In this document: one piece after another, positions 1 through 9,299 of the stretch
How the letters are laid out: every line of letters begins with the position of its first letter
Position numbering within the stretch: position 1 is the stretch's first letter
Origin: a virus
Lineage: Duplodnaviria > Caudoviricetes
Virus record (IMG/VR): IMGVR_UViG_3300030382_003949
Span: 1-50,748 of that record
Reading direction: 5' to 3' (one strand)
DNA: 50,748 nucleotides
Made by a program: the position numbers and the translations under genes
The notes under the pieces: model-generated
What the model saw: only the letters and a program-made list of their open reading frames with translations
The model's database searches: none
Told to the model about the DNA's origin: nothing

Positions 1-77
1 TAAAAAGAAAGTTGAAGAAATAAAAGTAGCTCGTACACTAACTAATGATGATAGTGGAAAAGTATTTACTCTTTCTT
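1..77. repeat. Terminal direct repeat (copy 1), most likely an assembly overlap of a circular contig
   Basis: Bases 1-77 are identical to 50672-50748. A length of 77 matches a common assembler k-mer, and the repeat falls inside an ORF. Confidence 0.95.
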
Positions 78-388
78 CCGCCGGTGGTGCTTACTCAATA
101 ACACTTCCAACCGCTACTAGCGGTGAAGAAGGTGTTCATTATAAATTCATCGTAAAAGAAGAAACTCCAACTGCTGCTATTACTATAGCGGCTGGAAGCG
201 CAATCGTTAGTTTTGTAATGAAAGACGCTGGTGGCAATGCTTCTAATTCAACAGCAGGTACACAAATTTCCAATGTAATTGTTGGAACTTCTGCTCAAAA
301 AGGTGATTACCTTGAGTTATTGTGGACTGATGGAGAATACGTTGGAAGCGCACTTTCTAGTATTGATGACGCAATCACTACATCGTAA
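1..388 (+). CDS. 3' part of a 144-aa capsid-associated/decoration-like protein spanning the circular junction (starts at 50625)
   Basis: The frame is open from ATG 50625 through the repeat to TAA 386-388 (MRSDYLNQNSGQTAGFKKKVEEIKVARTLTNDDSGKVFTLSSAGGAYSITLP...DDAITTS). It lies directly after the major capsid gene and is rich in Ser/Thr/Gly/Ala. Confidence 0.75.
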   Translation, partial: KKKVEEIKVARTLTNDDSGKVFTLSSAGGAYSITLPTATSGEEGVHYKFIVKEETPTAAITIAAGSAIVSFVMKDAGGNASNSTAGTQISNVIVGTSAQKGDYLELLWTDGEYVGSALSSIDDAITTS

Positions 389-406
389 ACTTAACAAATA
401 AAGTTA

Positions 407-515
407 GCAGTGGGAACTGTGGGGGCTGTCGTATAAAGGGCGGCCCCCAAAATCCAAAGAATTTTTTGACAATCAACAAGCTCGTTCACGGACGGTCAGT
501 CCTTAGGGCAGGAGG
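407..515 (+). promoter_or_regulatory. Structured intergenic leader (three hairpins) ending at the SD of ORF 521
   Basis: GCAGU-GGGA-ACUGU (407-420); GGGGGCUGUC/GGCGGCCCCC (421-448); GCUC..GGAC-GGUCA-GUCC..GGGC (480-509); SD GGAGG at 511-515. The G.U pairs form only on the + strand. Confidence 0.5.
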
Positions 516-520
516 AGAAT

Positions 521-802
521 ATGGCATTTAAAAAATCTTTAAGTAATTTTACGGTAGCGGAAGCTCAAAATGCACAATTAGGTCAAAATGGTGCCGTTAT
601 AATAGACGGTACTGATGAAATAACCGGCCCATTTGTTGCGGTTACGGCTTTGGCTGCAGCTGTAGTGGATACGTCGGAATGCACTACAAATCTATCAGGA
701 ACCGTACCGGCAACGTTTGCGATTCCAGTTGGAACTACAATATATGGATTGTTTGATTCAATAGAACTGGATAGTGGTGCCGTCATAGCCTATTATTCAT
801 AA
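521..802 (+). CDS. Small structural protein, hypothetical (93 aa)
   Basis: Strong SD (GGAGGAG), beta-strand-like composition, located in the head/neck module. Confidence 0.7.
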   Translation: MAFKKSLSNFTVAEAQNAQLGQNGAVIIDGTDEITGPFVAVTALAAAVVDTSECTTNLSGTVPATFAIPVGTTIYGLFDSIELDSGAVIAYYS

Positions 803-1011
803 TGGCTAATTGCATACATTGTTCCAATCCCAATCCGGAGAGTTGGTTTTACTGCAAAAAATGTGGTCGTAAAACTTCCGAATCCAAGTTTACCACAAAT
901 TTGTATATGATGAGTGATTTGGGAAAAAGAACCGATATTGAACTAACTGCTACAACAGTAGAAGAAGATATCAAAAAAATGAATAGGAGAAATCATGCCA
1001 AAAGTTGGTAA
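802..1011 (+). CDS. Zinc-ribbon protein (69 aa)
   Basis: CIHC...CKKC motif; TAATG translational coupling to the upstream gene. Confidence 0.7.
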   Translation: MANCIHCSNPNPESWFYCKKCGRKTSESKFTTNLYMMSDLGKRTDIELTATTVEEDIKKMNRRNHAKSW

Positions 1012-1111
1012 GAAACATTATACCTATGATCCAAAGGGAAAAGCGGCAGCTAAGAAAGCAAGAAAAAGACGAGCTAAGAAAGCAAGAAAAAGACGAGCTA
1101 AGAAGAAATAA
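995..1111 (+). CDS. Very basic 38-aa protamine-like peptide (not in the ORF track)
   Basis: SD AGGAG near 985-989, ATG at 995, MPKVGKKHYTYDPKGKAAAKKARKRRAKKARKRRAKKK, and a TAA overlapping the ATG at 1111. Confidence 0.7.
   Translation: MPKVGKKHYTYDPKGKAAAKKARKRRAKKARKRRAKKK
1048..1104 (+). repeat. 24-bp tandem repeat (2 full copies plus a partial copy) encoding AKKARKRR
   Basis: AGCTAAGAAAGCAAGAAAAAGACG at 1048-1071 and 1072-1095, then AGCTAAGAA. Confidence 0.9.
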
Positions 1112-1590
1112 TGGCCGGTAATCTTAAAGTCAGGATACATGAAAATATTGTATTGAACAATACCAGTTACAGTTCAAAACGAACTTATACGAAATCAGGT
1201 ATAAATGAAGCCATTAAAAGAATTGTTTCGGTATCGACTACCGAGACTGGTCTTGTAGGATTTGATGAGGCAAATTCAGATAATTTAGGTAAAAGCCACG
1301 TAGCAGGTTTATTTGACGAGGATGAAGTTTTCTATATTAGGATTACTAATTTGGATGATACCAATCATATTATTTTAACTTTTAAGGATGAAAATGGTGT
1401 TGAATTTGTCATTAAAGTCGATGCAGGTCATTCATTCATATATCCCGGTGATAACAGTACTGGAGTGGTAAATAGTATGAGAGCGGATGATCAAGCTTTG
1501 TCGTTGTCAAGTTTAGGTGATTTAGTTGATATTACGGCGACTGCCGATACTGATTCATGTAACGTTGAAGTGTTTGTGGCGAGTACCTGA
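1111..1590 (+). CDS. Structural protein, paralog A (159 aa)
   Basis: Colinear similarity to 1590-2066 (SGINE, TTETGL, FDEDEV, YIRITNLDDTNHI, DLVDITATADT, CNVEVFV). Confidence 0.8.
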   Translation: MAGNLKVRIHENIVLNNTSYSSKRTYTKSGINEAIKRIVSVSTTETGLVGFDEANSDNLGKSHVAGLFDEDEVFYIRITNLDDTNHIILTFKDENGVEFVIKVDAGHSFIYPGDNSTGVVNSMRADDQALSLSSLGDLVDITATADTDSCNVEVFVAST

Positions 1591-2066
1591 TGGCAATTTT
1601 AAAAGTAAAATTAAGTGAACAACTTATTATTGAGAATCAAGATTATGGTTCTGAGAATATTTTGGAAATCAGCGGTATAAATGAGATAGTAAAAAGATGT
1701 GTGACCGTTACTACAACCGAAACTGGATTGATTGGATTTGCAACTGCAAACTCAACGGATTTGTCAAAAAGTTATTTGGCCGGTGTATTCGATGAAGATG
1801 AAGTAAGATATATTAGGATTACTAATTTGGACGATACCAATCATATTAGTTTAACGTGTAGAAATGAGTCAACTGACGAGTTTCAGTTAGTTGTCGATTA
1901 TGGACATTCTTTTTTCTATCCTTGCGACAACAGTGGTGGAGTGGTTGATACTATGGATGCCAAAGATGGAGCAATAACAACAAAAACTCTTGCCGATCTG
2001 GTCGATATTACGGCAACTGCCGATACGTCGTCATGTAACGTAGAAGTATTTGTGGGGAGTGCATAA
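1590..2066 (+). CDS. Structural protein, paralog B (158 aa)
   Basis: Tandem paralog of 1111-1590, coupled by TGATG. Confidence 0.8.
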   Translation: MAILKVKLSEQLIIENQDYGSENILEISGINEIVKRCVTVTTTETGLIGFATANSTDLSKSYLAGVFDEDEVRYIRITNLDDTNHISLTCRNESTDEFQLVVDYGHSFFYPCDNSGGVVDTMDAKDGAITTKTLADLVDITATADTSSCNVEVFVGSA

Positions 2067-3838
2067 TGGCTACTTTTGAAGCACAAGTGGAAGGATTGAC
2101 GAGCTTGGCGATAGACGGCAGTAGTGCTCCGACTCAAACGGAACTTACTCAGTTTTTAACGGATGGGGCTAAGGAAGTAATTAATCAGTTGCCAAAAAAT
2201 CTTTTACCACTGTGTGCTGCTTCAGTGTCGGTTACTGCTGGGACTGCAAGTACGTTGAATACCGGCAAAATATTGAACGTTTTTAGAAACGATGGAGATA
2301 TAGATCATCCATGTCGTAGAATTCCGGCTAATCTGAAAGGAAGGGTTAAAGACCCTGACGAAATGATGTATGCAACTATTTCAGACCCAATTTATTACGT
2401 AGATAATAATACTTTAACCGTTTTGCCTAGTGGTAGTACTGGTTCTTATTCTGAAGTTGCATATCCAACTCCGGCTTATGGAGATTCTGCGATAGCGGTA
2501 TTCCCTGATGAGGCCGAATATCTTGTTGTTCTATATGCAGCCATCAAATCGTTACAGAACGTATTGGGAAATAAATCATCTAATTCCGACATTACCACGG
2601 CATTGACTGCCATGAATACGGAACTTGACGAAACTCAGGCAGTATGTGATAAAATAGATGCTGATTTGGTTCTTGCAAAGGCTGAAGTCGTACTTGCAAA
2701 AGCAGAAGCGGCTGAACTTGCAACACAAACAGACAATAGTAGTGATTTCAGAACGGCTTTAACTGCAATAAATACAGAATTAGATAAAGTAGATGATGTT
2801 ATTGTAGAAGCAAGTACAGAGTTTGATAAGGTTGACAATGTAATTGTTGAAGGAAGTACAGAACTTGATAAATCTACCGCATTGTTAGATTTAGGTGAGA
2901 CTGATACGGAAGGGGCTGTTAATACGTCTTTGGCTAAATTTATTACGGAATTGGATGAAACTCAGACAGTATGTGATTTGATTAATACGCAAGTTGATAG
3001 TGCTGTTAGTGAATTAGCAGAAGCTGCAACTCTTGTTGATTCTAGTATAGATACAGCAGTAGCTGCTATTACTACAGCTCTTGGTAGAGTAAATACTGCA
3101 GTTGCTTTAGCTAATGCTGAATTTGATTTAGTTAATCCTGAAGTTGATTTAGCGAATGCTCAGGTTGATTCTGAAGATGTGGAAATTGCTCAAGGATATC
3201 TTTCTACGGCTCAAGGATATGCAAATGCTGGTTCTCAATATATTAGTGAGGCTCAGGCATCTCTAAGTGAAGCTCAGGGATATGTCGGTGAAGTATCGGC
3301 TAGGACTGGTCATGTTGGTTCTCAAGTTGCAGTAGCACAAGGATATATTTCAGCTGCTCAAGGGTATTCAAATGAAATACAATCTAAAATTGCCATTGTA
3401 AATGGGTATGTAGCTGAAGTAACTCAAAGATTATCTCAAGCTAGGGCTAAAAGAGAAGAATCTCAATCAAGATTGTCGGCTGGTAATGCTTATCTTCAAG
3501 AAGCTCAAGCATATGTATCTCAAGGTAATGCTTATATTTCAGAGGCTCAAGCATACATTTCTCAGGCTCAGGGGTATGGTAATGAAGTTAGTTCTAGAGC
3601 TGGTTTTAGTTCTGCTAAATCACAGGCAATTCAAGGTCATATAAGTACAGCTCAAGCCTATGTATCGACAGCTCAAGGATTTGGGAATGAAGTACAGTCT
3701 AAAATAGGTATTGCACAAGGATATGGCAATGAAGTTCAATCTAGACTTGCGGTAGATACTGCACATTATTCATGGTATGAAAAACAGCAAGCAAAGTTAC
3801 AACAAGACTATGATAAAGGTATACAGGTATTGAAATAA
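2066..3838 (+). CDS. Putative head-tail adaptor/ring-like protein with a long coiled-coil extension (590 aa)
   Basis: An N-terminal globular region of about 165 aa is followed by an acidic helical region and many AQ(G/A)Y heptad repeats. Function is inferred from position. Confidence 0.55.
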   Translation: MATFEAQVEGLTSLAIDGSSAPTQTELTQFLTDGAKEVINQLPKNLLPLCAASVSVTAGTASTLNTGKILNVFRNDGDIDHPCRRIPANLKGRVKDPDEMMYATISDPIYYVDNNTLTVLPSGSTGSYSEVAYPTPAYGDSAIAVFPDEAEYLVVLYAAIKSLQNVLGNKSSNSDITTALTAMNTELDETQAVCDKIDADLVLAKAEVVLAKAEAAELATQTDNSSDFRTALTAINTELDKVDDVIVEASTEFDKVDNVIVEGSTELDKSTALLDLGETDTEGAVNTSLAKFITELDETQTVCDLINTQVDSAVSELAEAATLVDSSIDTAVAAITTALGRVNTAVALANAEFDLVNPEVDLANAQVDSEDVEIAQGYLSTAQGYANAGSQYISEAQASLSEAQGYVGEVSARTGHVGSQVAVAQGYISAAQGYSNEIQSKIAIVNGYVAEVTQRLSQARAKREESQSRLSAGNAYLQEAQAYVSQGNAYISEAQAYISQAQGYGNEVSSRAGFSSAKSQAIQGHISTAQAYVSTAQGFGNEVQSKIGIAQGYGNEVQSRLAVDTAHYSWYEKQQAKLQQDYDKGIQVLK

Positions 3839-3841
3839 AAA

Positions 3842-4201
3842 ATGGCAACTCATAAAATATCGGTAAAGCAGGTTGTAAGTCGGATTCGTCAGGTGTTTCC
3901 TGAAGCTTCCGAGAATTACGTTTTGAATTTAATTAATGATTCATTGGTTGAAATTGGTATGTTCAGTACGAAGCCGGTACAGGCTAAGATGAGTACCGTT
4001 GCAGATCAGATGTGGTACAAAATAGGAGATGATGCTAAGGATTCTAGTGGAAACAAGTTCGAGGCAAACAAGATTTTTAGAGTGGATTTGATGGATTCGG
4101 ATGGTGATTACATTCAAATACCAAGACTTATAGATAAAAATATTTTACTTATGGATGCCGATTCAAGCGAATCTGCACTCACAACACCGGACAATAAATA
4201 A
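3842..4201 (+). CDS. Putative neck/tail structural protein (119 aa)
   Basis: Tightly packed ORF in the structural operon. Confidence 0.6.
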   Translation: MATHKISVKQVVSRIRQVFPEASENYVLNLINDSLVEIGMFSTKPVQAKMSTVADQMWYKIGDDAKDSSGNKFEANKIFRVDLMDSDGDYIQIPRLIDKNILLMDADSSESALTTPDNK

Positions 4202-4632
4202 TGGCCAGCAGTATTAAATATCCAGACGATAGAGCAAGATGGTTCATAGAAGGCGACAAGCTTTGTCTTATAACAAACGTAGACAGTGACGGCAATACGA
4301 GAACTACGGAAAGAAAACAGTGGAAGGCCATATCGGAGGCCGTAACCAATGGACTATTGCTTCATTATTATGCCGAACCAAATAGTGTTCTTTCGATTAA
4401 TGATGAATTGGATTTGGACAATACTATGCATTTGGCAATAGTAGACTACGTAAAAAAATGTCTGTATATGGATAAGGCAGGACAATCAACCGATCCAAAC
4501 TTAACGGCCTCGGCAATGCAGTTGTCTGGTATGCATCAAAGAAATTTTGACGATTCCATAAAACGATATGGAATGAGAAAACGTGATAAAACTGGTGGCA
4601 GTAGAGTACTGAAATCAGTTAGTTTAATGTAA
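4201..4632 (+). CDS. Putative neck/tail structural protein (143 aa)
   Basis: Directly follows the upstream gene; the C-terminal helical segment (HLAIVDYVKKCLY) resembles adaptor proteins. Confidence 0.6.
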   Translation: MASSIKYPDDRARWFIEGDKLCLITNVDSDGNTRTTERKQWKAISEAVTNGLLLHYYAEPNSVLSINDELDLDNTMHLAIVDYVKKCLYMDKAGQSTDPNLTASAMQLSGMHQRNFDDSIKRYGMRKRDKTGGSRVLKSVSLM

Positions 4633-4634
4633 TA

Positions 4635-4673
4635 TACTCGGATAGGGAGCATTCTCGCCCCACAGGTCGAGTA
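4635..4673 (+). promoter_or_regulatory. Intergenic stem-loop upstream of ORF 4693
   Basis: UACUCGG (4635-4641) pairs with UCGAGUA (4667-4673), enclosing an inner GGG/CCC stem. Confidence 0.4.
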
Positions 4674-4692
4674 AATACAATAGGAGAATAGA

Positions 4693-5097
4693 ATGGCAGA
4701 CCTACAAAGGTTTAGAACACATGAGGCATTGAATACTACCGCAGCTGGTGGATTTTCGGTGGCCGATGCATCATCAGGCGGATTGGGAGGCAGTTCTGGT
4801 GCTCAAGTCAGGGCATCTTCCAATGCCGACGTTACAGATACCAAACATATGGATTTATCTTTTGATACGTTTCAATTATTGGTATACGCTGCAGGTGATA
4901 TATATTTTAATTTTGCAACTTCTGATTTGGATATAGATACCGATATAGATTTAATATTGCCCGGAGGGAGTTTGACGAGCATTGCAGTCCCAATAAGTAT
5001 TTCTGGATCATCAGGGAGTACCTCCGGTAAAATAATCAGATTTAATTTCTTGTCTACTTCAACGACTGTACATGCAGTCAGGATAGTGGAGGTTTAA
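4693..5097 (+). CDS. Small structural protein preceding the tail fibre (134 aa)
   Basis: SD AGGAG, Ser/Gly-rich, beta-like. Confidence 0.7.
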   Translation: MADLQRFRTHEALNTTAAGGFSVADASSGGLGGSSGAQVRASSNADVTDTKHMDLSFDTFQLLVYAAGDIYFNFATSDLDIDTDIDLILPGGSLTSIAVPISISGSSGSTSGKIIRFNFLSTSTTVHAVRIVEV

Positions 5098-5098
5098 C

Positions 5099-8000
5099 AT
5101 GCTGGATGGATTATTAAGTTCAGCTGGATTTCTAAGTTCTGGAGGTACAATCGGTGGAGACCTGACCATTTCAGGTGATTTAACTGTAAGTGGTGATAGT
5201 AGTGGAGCATATAGTGAGATAATAACTGATGGATTGCAAATCACTAAAGACACAGATGGTGAATTTGTTTCATTAATTTTAGTTAATCAGAGTGATGCCG
5301 CTGATACAACAGGTATTATTTCACAAAGATTCGACTTAGAAGATACTGGTGGTACTGCTGTTGATTCAGGTAAGATACTTGTAGGTAAGGAAGCATCATT
5401 TACTGCTACGTCATCTACTCAAGATTCTTATATGGCTTTTCAGACGAGTTTGAATGGTTCATTAGCTGAAAAAGTACGTATCACTTCAGCGGGCAATGTC
5501 GGGATTGGAGCTTCTCCATCTACAACATTACATCTTACTAATACTGCAAATGATGCTACTGCTCCTGAATTAAGACTTCAAAATACAAGAGCAGGAGGTG
5601 CTGGTTCAGATGGTGATGATGCTGGTACTATATCTTTTTATGCAAGTGATGCTGGAAGTAATTCAGAAGAAATGTCCACTATTCTTTCAGAAGTCGGATT
5701 AAATACTACTGGCTCTACCGCTGGTAAATTAACATTTAAGACAATGGCGGCTAATTCATCTACTGCTTTACTTACTTTAAATGGTTGGGCTGGTGGTTCT
5801 CATAATTCTACTGTTTCTTCGGCAATTATTAGTACGGATTTAGTGGGCATTGGAACTACGGCTCCCGATACTTTACTGCATTTGTATTCTACATCTGCAA
5901 GCAAGCCAATATTGAAGATTGAGAACGAGCAAGGTGGTGCTAATCCTGTTTCAATTCAGTTGCTCCGCAATACAAGTTCTCCAGCAGATGATGATTTTAT
6001 TGGTCAAATAGATTTCAGAAGTATGAATGATGCTGGTACTCCTGAAGAAATAAATTATGCATATATTACTGGTCAATCCACAGACATTACTGATGGTACT
6101 GAGGATGGAGAGTTACAGTTCTATACAATGAAAGCTGGCACGTCAACCAATACAATGACAATGCAGTCAGGCAATGTCGGGATTGGACAGTCATCACCAG
6201 ATGGAAAACTTCACATCGAAAGTGGTAGTGCTGGAACTATTGGAACTCTGTCGTACGCTGATGAATTAATTCTTGAAAATAGTGGTGCAGTCGGTATATC
6301 GTTAAGAAGTCCAGATGCTAATAGTGGCTCTATTGTATGGCAATCGGATACTAATGATACAGTTGCAAGAATATATGGGTCTTACAATTCTGGAAATGAA
6401 CTGTTGGCTTTTGAAACCAGCGGCACAGAAAGAATGAAACTCGATGACAACTCCAGAATCTCTCTATCGAATAATGATAGTGGTACTTCCAATACAGTCT
6501 TTGGATATGGTGCTGGTATGCCAACAGGCACAAATTCAAATAATAATGTTATTATTGGTCATCAAACTTTTGATTTAGTTGCGAATGATGGTGCAGTAGG
6601 CAATGTATTTGTAGGATATAGAGTAGCAAGAGGTAATCCTACATCCGATACTGACCATAATGTCGGTGTAGGATATGTGTCATTAAGTGCCTTAACATCT
6701 GGTGATTCTAACATTTGCATTGGCTCAAGTGCTGGAGTGGCGATAACTGAAGAGCATAATGTAATTGCGATTGGTAGAAATGCGGCGGCAACCCTTAATG
6801 ATACTGGAGCTGATGGCACGGTTGCAATAGGAAGAGATGCTTTCACAGCCCTCACAACTGGTGCTGGTAATGTTGCAATTGGTTATCAATCAGCAGACGC
6901 TATGACTGTTGGACAAAAGAATGTTGTAGTTGGGCATCAAGCGATGTCAGCGGCAGTTGAAGATGGGGGATGTGTTGCCGTAGGATGGAATGCTTTATTG
7001 GCGGCAAATGGTGGTGGCTCTGATGGAAGTGCAACAAATACTTATAATACTGCAGTAGGATATAATGCTGGTGCTGTTATTAGTACAGGATTACGGAATA
7101 CGATAGTTGGTGGTGGTGCTGGCCCTGATTTTGATGCGGAAAATAATAATACATTAATAGGAGCATTTGTTGCTTCTGGATCTAATGCCGCCGCTAATCT
7201 TGTTGGTGTAGGTGCAAATGCAATAGGAGGTGCAAACTTAACATCTGGAGCTAATGGGACGGTTGCCATTGGAGAATCTGCTCTCACTGCCCTCACATCT
7301 GGGGCTGAGAATGTGGCGATGGGTTATCAAGCAATGGCTGAAACTACTCAGGGAGATAAGAATACAGTAGTGGGCTACCAAGCGATGGCTGAAGATGCTA
7401 CACTCGACAATACAAACAATACATTCCTTGGTTATCAAGCTGGTGGTGGAGATTGGACAACTGGAGCATCTTCATACAATGTTGGTATTGGTTCAAAAGC
7501 ATTATATGGGGCGATGAATGATGCAGATTACAATGTCGCTATCGGTTCAGAAGCTGGAATAGCAGTTGTTGGTGGCGAACATAACACAATGGTGGGCAAT
7601 ACGGCTGGGAATGTAATCACATCAGGAACTCAAAATACAATTATTGGAAGTGCCTCAGACCCATCCGCCAATAGTGGAACGAACCAATCAGTAATCGGAT
7701 ATGCCACAACAGGCGTAGCGGATAATTCGGTGACTCTTGGTAATGCTTCCGTAACTGCTGTGTATATGTCATCGGATAGCCAAGCATTGGTTCATAGTGC
7801 CGGTATTCAATTTGCAGGAACTCAAGTAGCAAATGCGGGAGCAAATGTTTTTGACGATTATGAAGAAGGTACTTATACGATTACCTGCACCTGTGCAACG
7901 AGTGGTACCGTTACTATTAATACTTCTGATAATGAACTTCAGTACACAAAGATTGGTCGTGTTGTCCATGTACAGGGAAAAATTCGATTAGCCAGCGTTT

Positions 8001-8263
8001 CATCACCAGTGGGAAATTTGCAGTGGTCGTTGCCGTTTGCCGTATTGCAAGGTGTTGATGAATCTGGAATGGCGGCGGGGACTGCTATCCCATATGATTT
8101 AAATATTGAGAGTGGGATGACATCACTGGCGTGTTCAACCGCAGAAGGTACCTCATATTTTTATATGGTTGAATTTGGTGATGACACTGGGTGGGATATG
8201 ATAGAAGGCTCGGATGTGGATGGTAATGAGATATTTAACGTAGGATTAACATATGTCACATAA
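5099..8263 (+). CDS. Tail fibre / receptor-binding protein (1054 aa)
   Basis: GNVGIG-type fibre motifs, many roughly 14-aa N-x-A-[IV]-G repeats (YadA/Hep_Hag-like beta-roll), and a C-terminal DDYEEGT...YTKIGRVVHV domain typical of phage fibre tips. Confidence 0.9.
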   Translation: MLDGLLSSAGFLSSGGTIGGDLTISGDLTVSGDSSGAYSEIITDGLQITKDTDGEFVSLILVNQSDAADTTGIISQRFDLEDTGGTAVDSGKILVGKEASFTATSSTQDSYMAFQTSLNGSLAEKVRITSAGNVGIGASPSTTLHLTNTANDATAPELRLQNTRAGGAGSDGDDAGTISFYASDAGSNSEEMSTILSEVGLNTTGSTAGKLTFKTMAANSSTALLTLNGWAGGSHNSTVSSAIISTDLVGIGTTAPDTLLHLYSTSASKPILKIENEQGGANPVSIQLLRNTSSPADDDFIGQIDFRSMNDAGTPEEINYAYITGQSTDITDGTEDGELQFYTMKAGTSTNTMTMQSGNVGIGQSSPDGKLHIESGSAGTIGTLSYADELILENSGAVGISLRSPDANSGSIVWQSDTNDTVARIYGSYNSGNELLAFETSGTERMKLDDNSRISLSNNDSGTSNTVFGYGAGMPTGTNSNNNVIIGHQTFDLVANDGAVGNVFVGYRVARGNPTSDTDHNVGVGYVSLSALTSGDSNICIGSSAGVAITEEHNVIAIGRNAAATLNDTGADGTVAIGRDAFTALTTGAGNVAIGYQSADAMTVGQKNVVVGHQAMSAAVEDGGCVAVGWNALLAANGGGSDGSATNTYNTAVGYNAGAVISTGLRNTIVGGGAGPDFDAENNNTLIGAFVASGSNAAANLVGVGANAIGGANLTSGANGTVAIGESALTALTSGAENVAMGYQAMAETTQGDKNTVVGYQAMAEDATLDNTNNTFLGYQAGGGDWTTGASSYNVGIGSKALYGAMNDADYNVAIGSEAGIAVVGGEHNTMVGNTAGNVITSGTQNTIIGSASDPSANSGTNQSVIGYATTGVADNSVTLGNASVTAVYMSSDSQALVHSAGIQFAGTQVANAGANVFDDYEEGTYTITCTCATSGTVTINTSDNELQYTKIGRVVHVQGKIRLASVSSPVGNLQWSLPFAVLQGVDESGMAAGTAIPYDLNIESGMTSLACSTAEGTSYFYMVEFGDDTGWDMIEGSDVDGNEIFNVGLTYVT

Positions 8264-8308
8264 TTCTTAATTGGATAATTAAGTGGAACAAACAACAAGG
8301 AGTAATTA

Positions 8309-8548
8309 ATGGCTTTAGAAAAAAAAGTAACTTACGATTATGAAGTGCGTGGTGAATTTAAATGTATTCAGCAACGGAAAAGAACTGCTATTGAAGAAGA
8401 TGGTGTAGAAATATCATTCTCATATAATCGGACTTCATTCATGCCAGATACAGACGTAAGTGGCGAATCTGATGAAGTAAAAGCATTGGCCGATACACTG
8501 TGGACAGACGCAGTGAAAAAGGCTTACGAGGATAGCAAAGCAGAATAA
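8309..8548 (+). CDS. Putative tail fibre-associated/assembly protein (79 aa)
   Basis: SD AAGGAG, directly after the fibre gene, acidic. Confidence 0.6.
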   Translation: MALEKKVTYDYEVRGEFKCIQQRKRTAIEEDGVEISFSYNRTSFMPDTDVSGESDEVKALADTLWTDAVKKAYEDSKAE

Positions 8549-8569
8549 TTAACAAACAAGGAGTCAATA

Positions 8570-8803
8570 ATGGCTAAAAAAGAAAAAAAAAAGCCAGTCT
8601 TGAATCTCGATGAAAAGGAATACGACATCGAAAGTATGACTGACGAACAGAAAATGATGGTAAATCACATTAACGATTTACAGAACAAACAGAATACGAA
8701 TCAGTTTATGGCTGACCAGCTGTCCGTTGGCAAGGAAGCGTTTATCAATATGCTTCGTGATTCGCTGAATGGAGCATCCAAAGAGGTAGAATCGGAAGCA
8801 TGA
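8570..8803 (+). CDS. Hypothetical coiled-coil protein, possible fibre chaperone (77 aa)
   Basis: SD AAGGAG, helical heptad pattern. Confidence 0.65.
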   Translation: MAKKEKKKPVLNLDEKEYDIESMTDEQKMMVNHINDLQNKQNTNQFMADQLSVGKEAFINMLRDSLNGASKEVESEA

Positions 8804-9252
8804 TTGTTAGAAGGTGTAGTCAGGGTCATCGAGTTAGGATTCATAGAAATACCTCTCCGGGTGCTACTCGTACAAAGACTTACTCAGATGGGTCTACCGA
8901 GACTCTGGCTTATCCTTCGTCATATGATTACTTTGTGGACGTTGACGGCTCTGTGGCTAAGAAGACCAATAGCTTTAAGACTGCTGAAGAGTTCTACGTT
9001 GCCGAATGTGCGAAGAAACATGGCGACGGGCACGGTAGGTTGATTGTAGGAGGTCATCACGTAATCAATGGAGTGGCTACTACACAATCGGATTATCCAA
9101 CGGATTCCAATACGAAGTCGGAGATAAAGGACTTTTACGATAAGCGTGGAGTTGTTTATGGTGGGAGTGAAACTAAATCTGAACTTCTTTCAAGAATAAT
9201 CAATATGGTTTATCGAGGAAAGATAGAAGTTTCTAAGTATTTAAAGGTTTGA
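8800..9252 (+). CDS. Hypothetical protein with a C-terminal HeH/SAP-like motif (150 aa)
   Basis: TKSEIKDFYDKRGVVYGGSETKSELLSRI resembles a helix-extension-helix motif; ATGA overlap. Confidence 0.6.
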   Translation: MIVRRCSQGHRVRIHRNTSPGATRTKTYSDGSTETLAYPSSYDYFVDVDGSVAKKTNSFKTAEEFYVAECAKKHGDGHGRLIVGGHHVINGVATTQSDYPTDSNTKSEIKDFYDKRGVVYGGSETKSELLSRIINMVYRGKIEVSKYLKV

Positions 9253-9299
9253 TATGAATAATAGAAGTACGAGTTATGATATACCAGTTAGGTACGTTT

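Noticed and set aside
1-77. 77-bp terminal repeat as a biological direct terminal repeat
   Set aside because: It lies mid-gene and its length equals a common assembly k-mer, so it is best read as a circularisation overlap.
5099-8263. Diversity-generating retroelement targeting the tail fibre
   Set aside because: No reverse transcriptase and no template/variable repeat pair differing only at adenines; the internal repeats differ at all base types.
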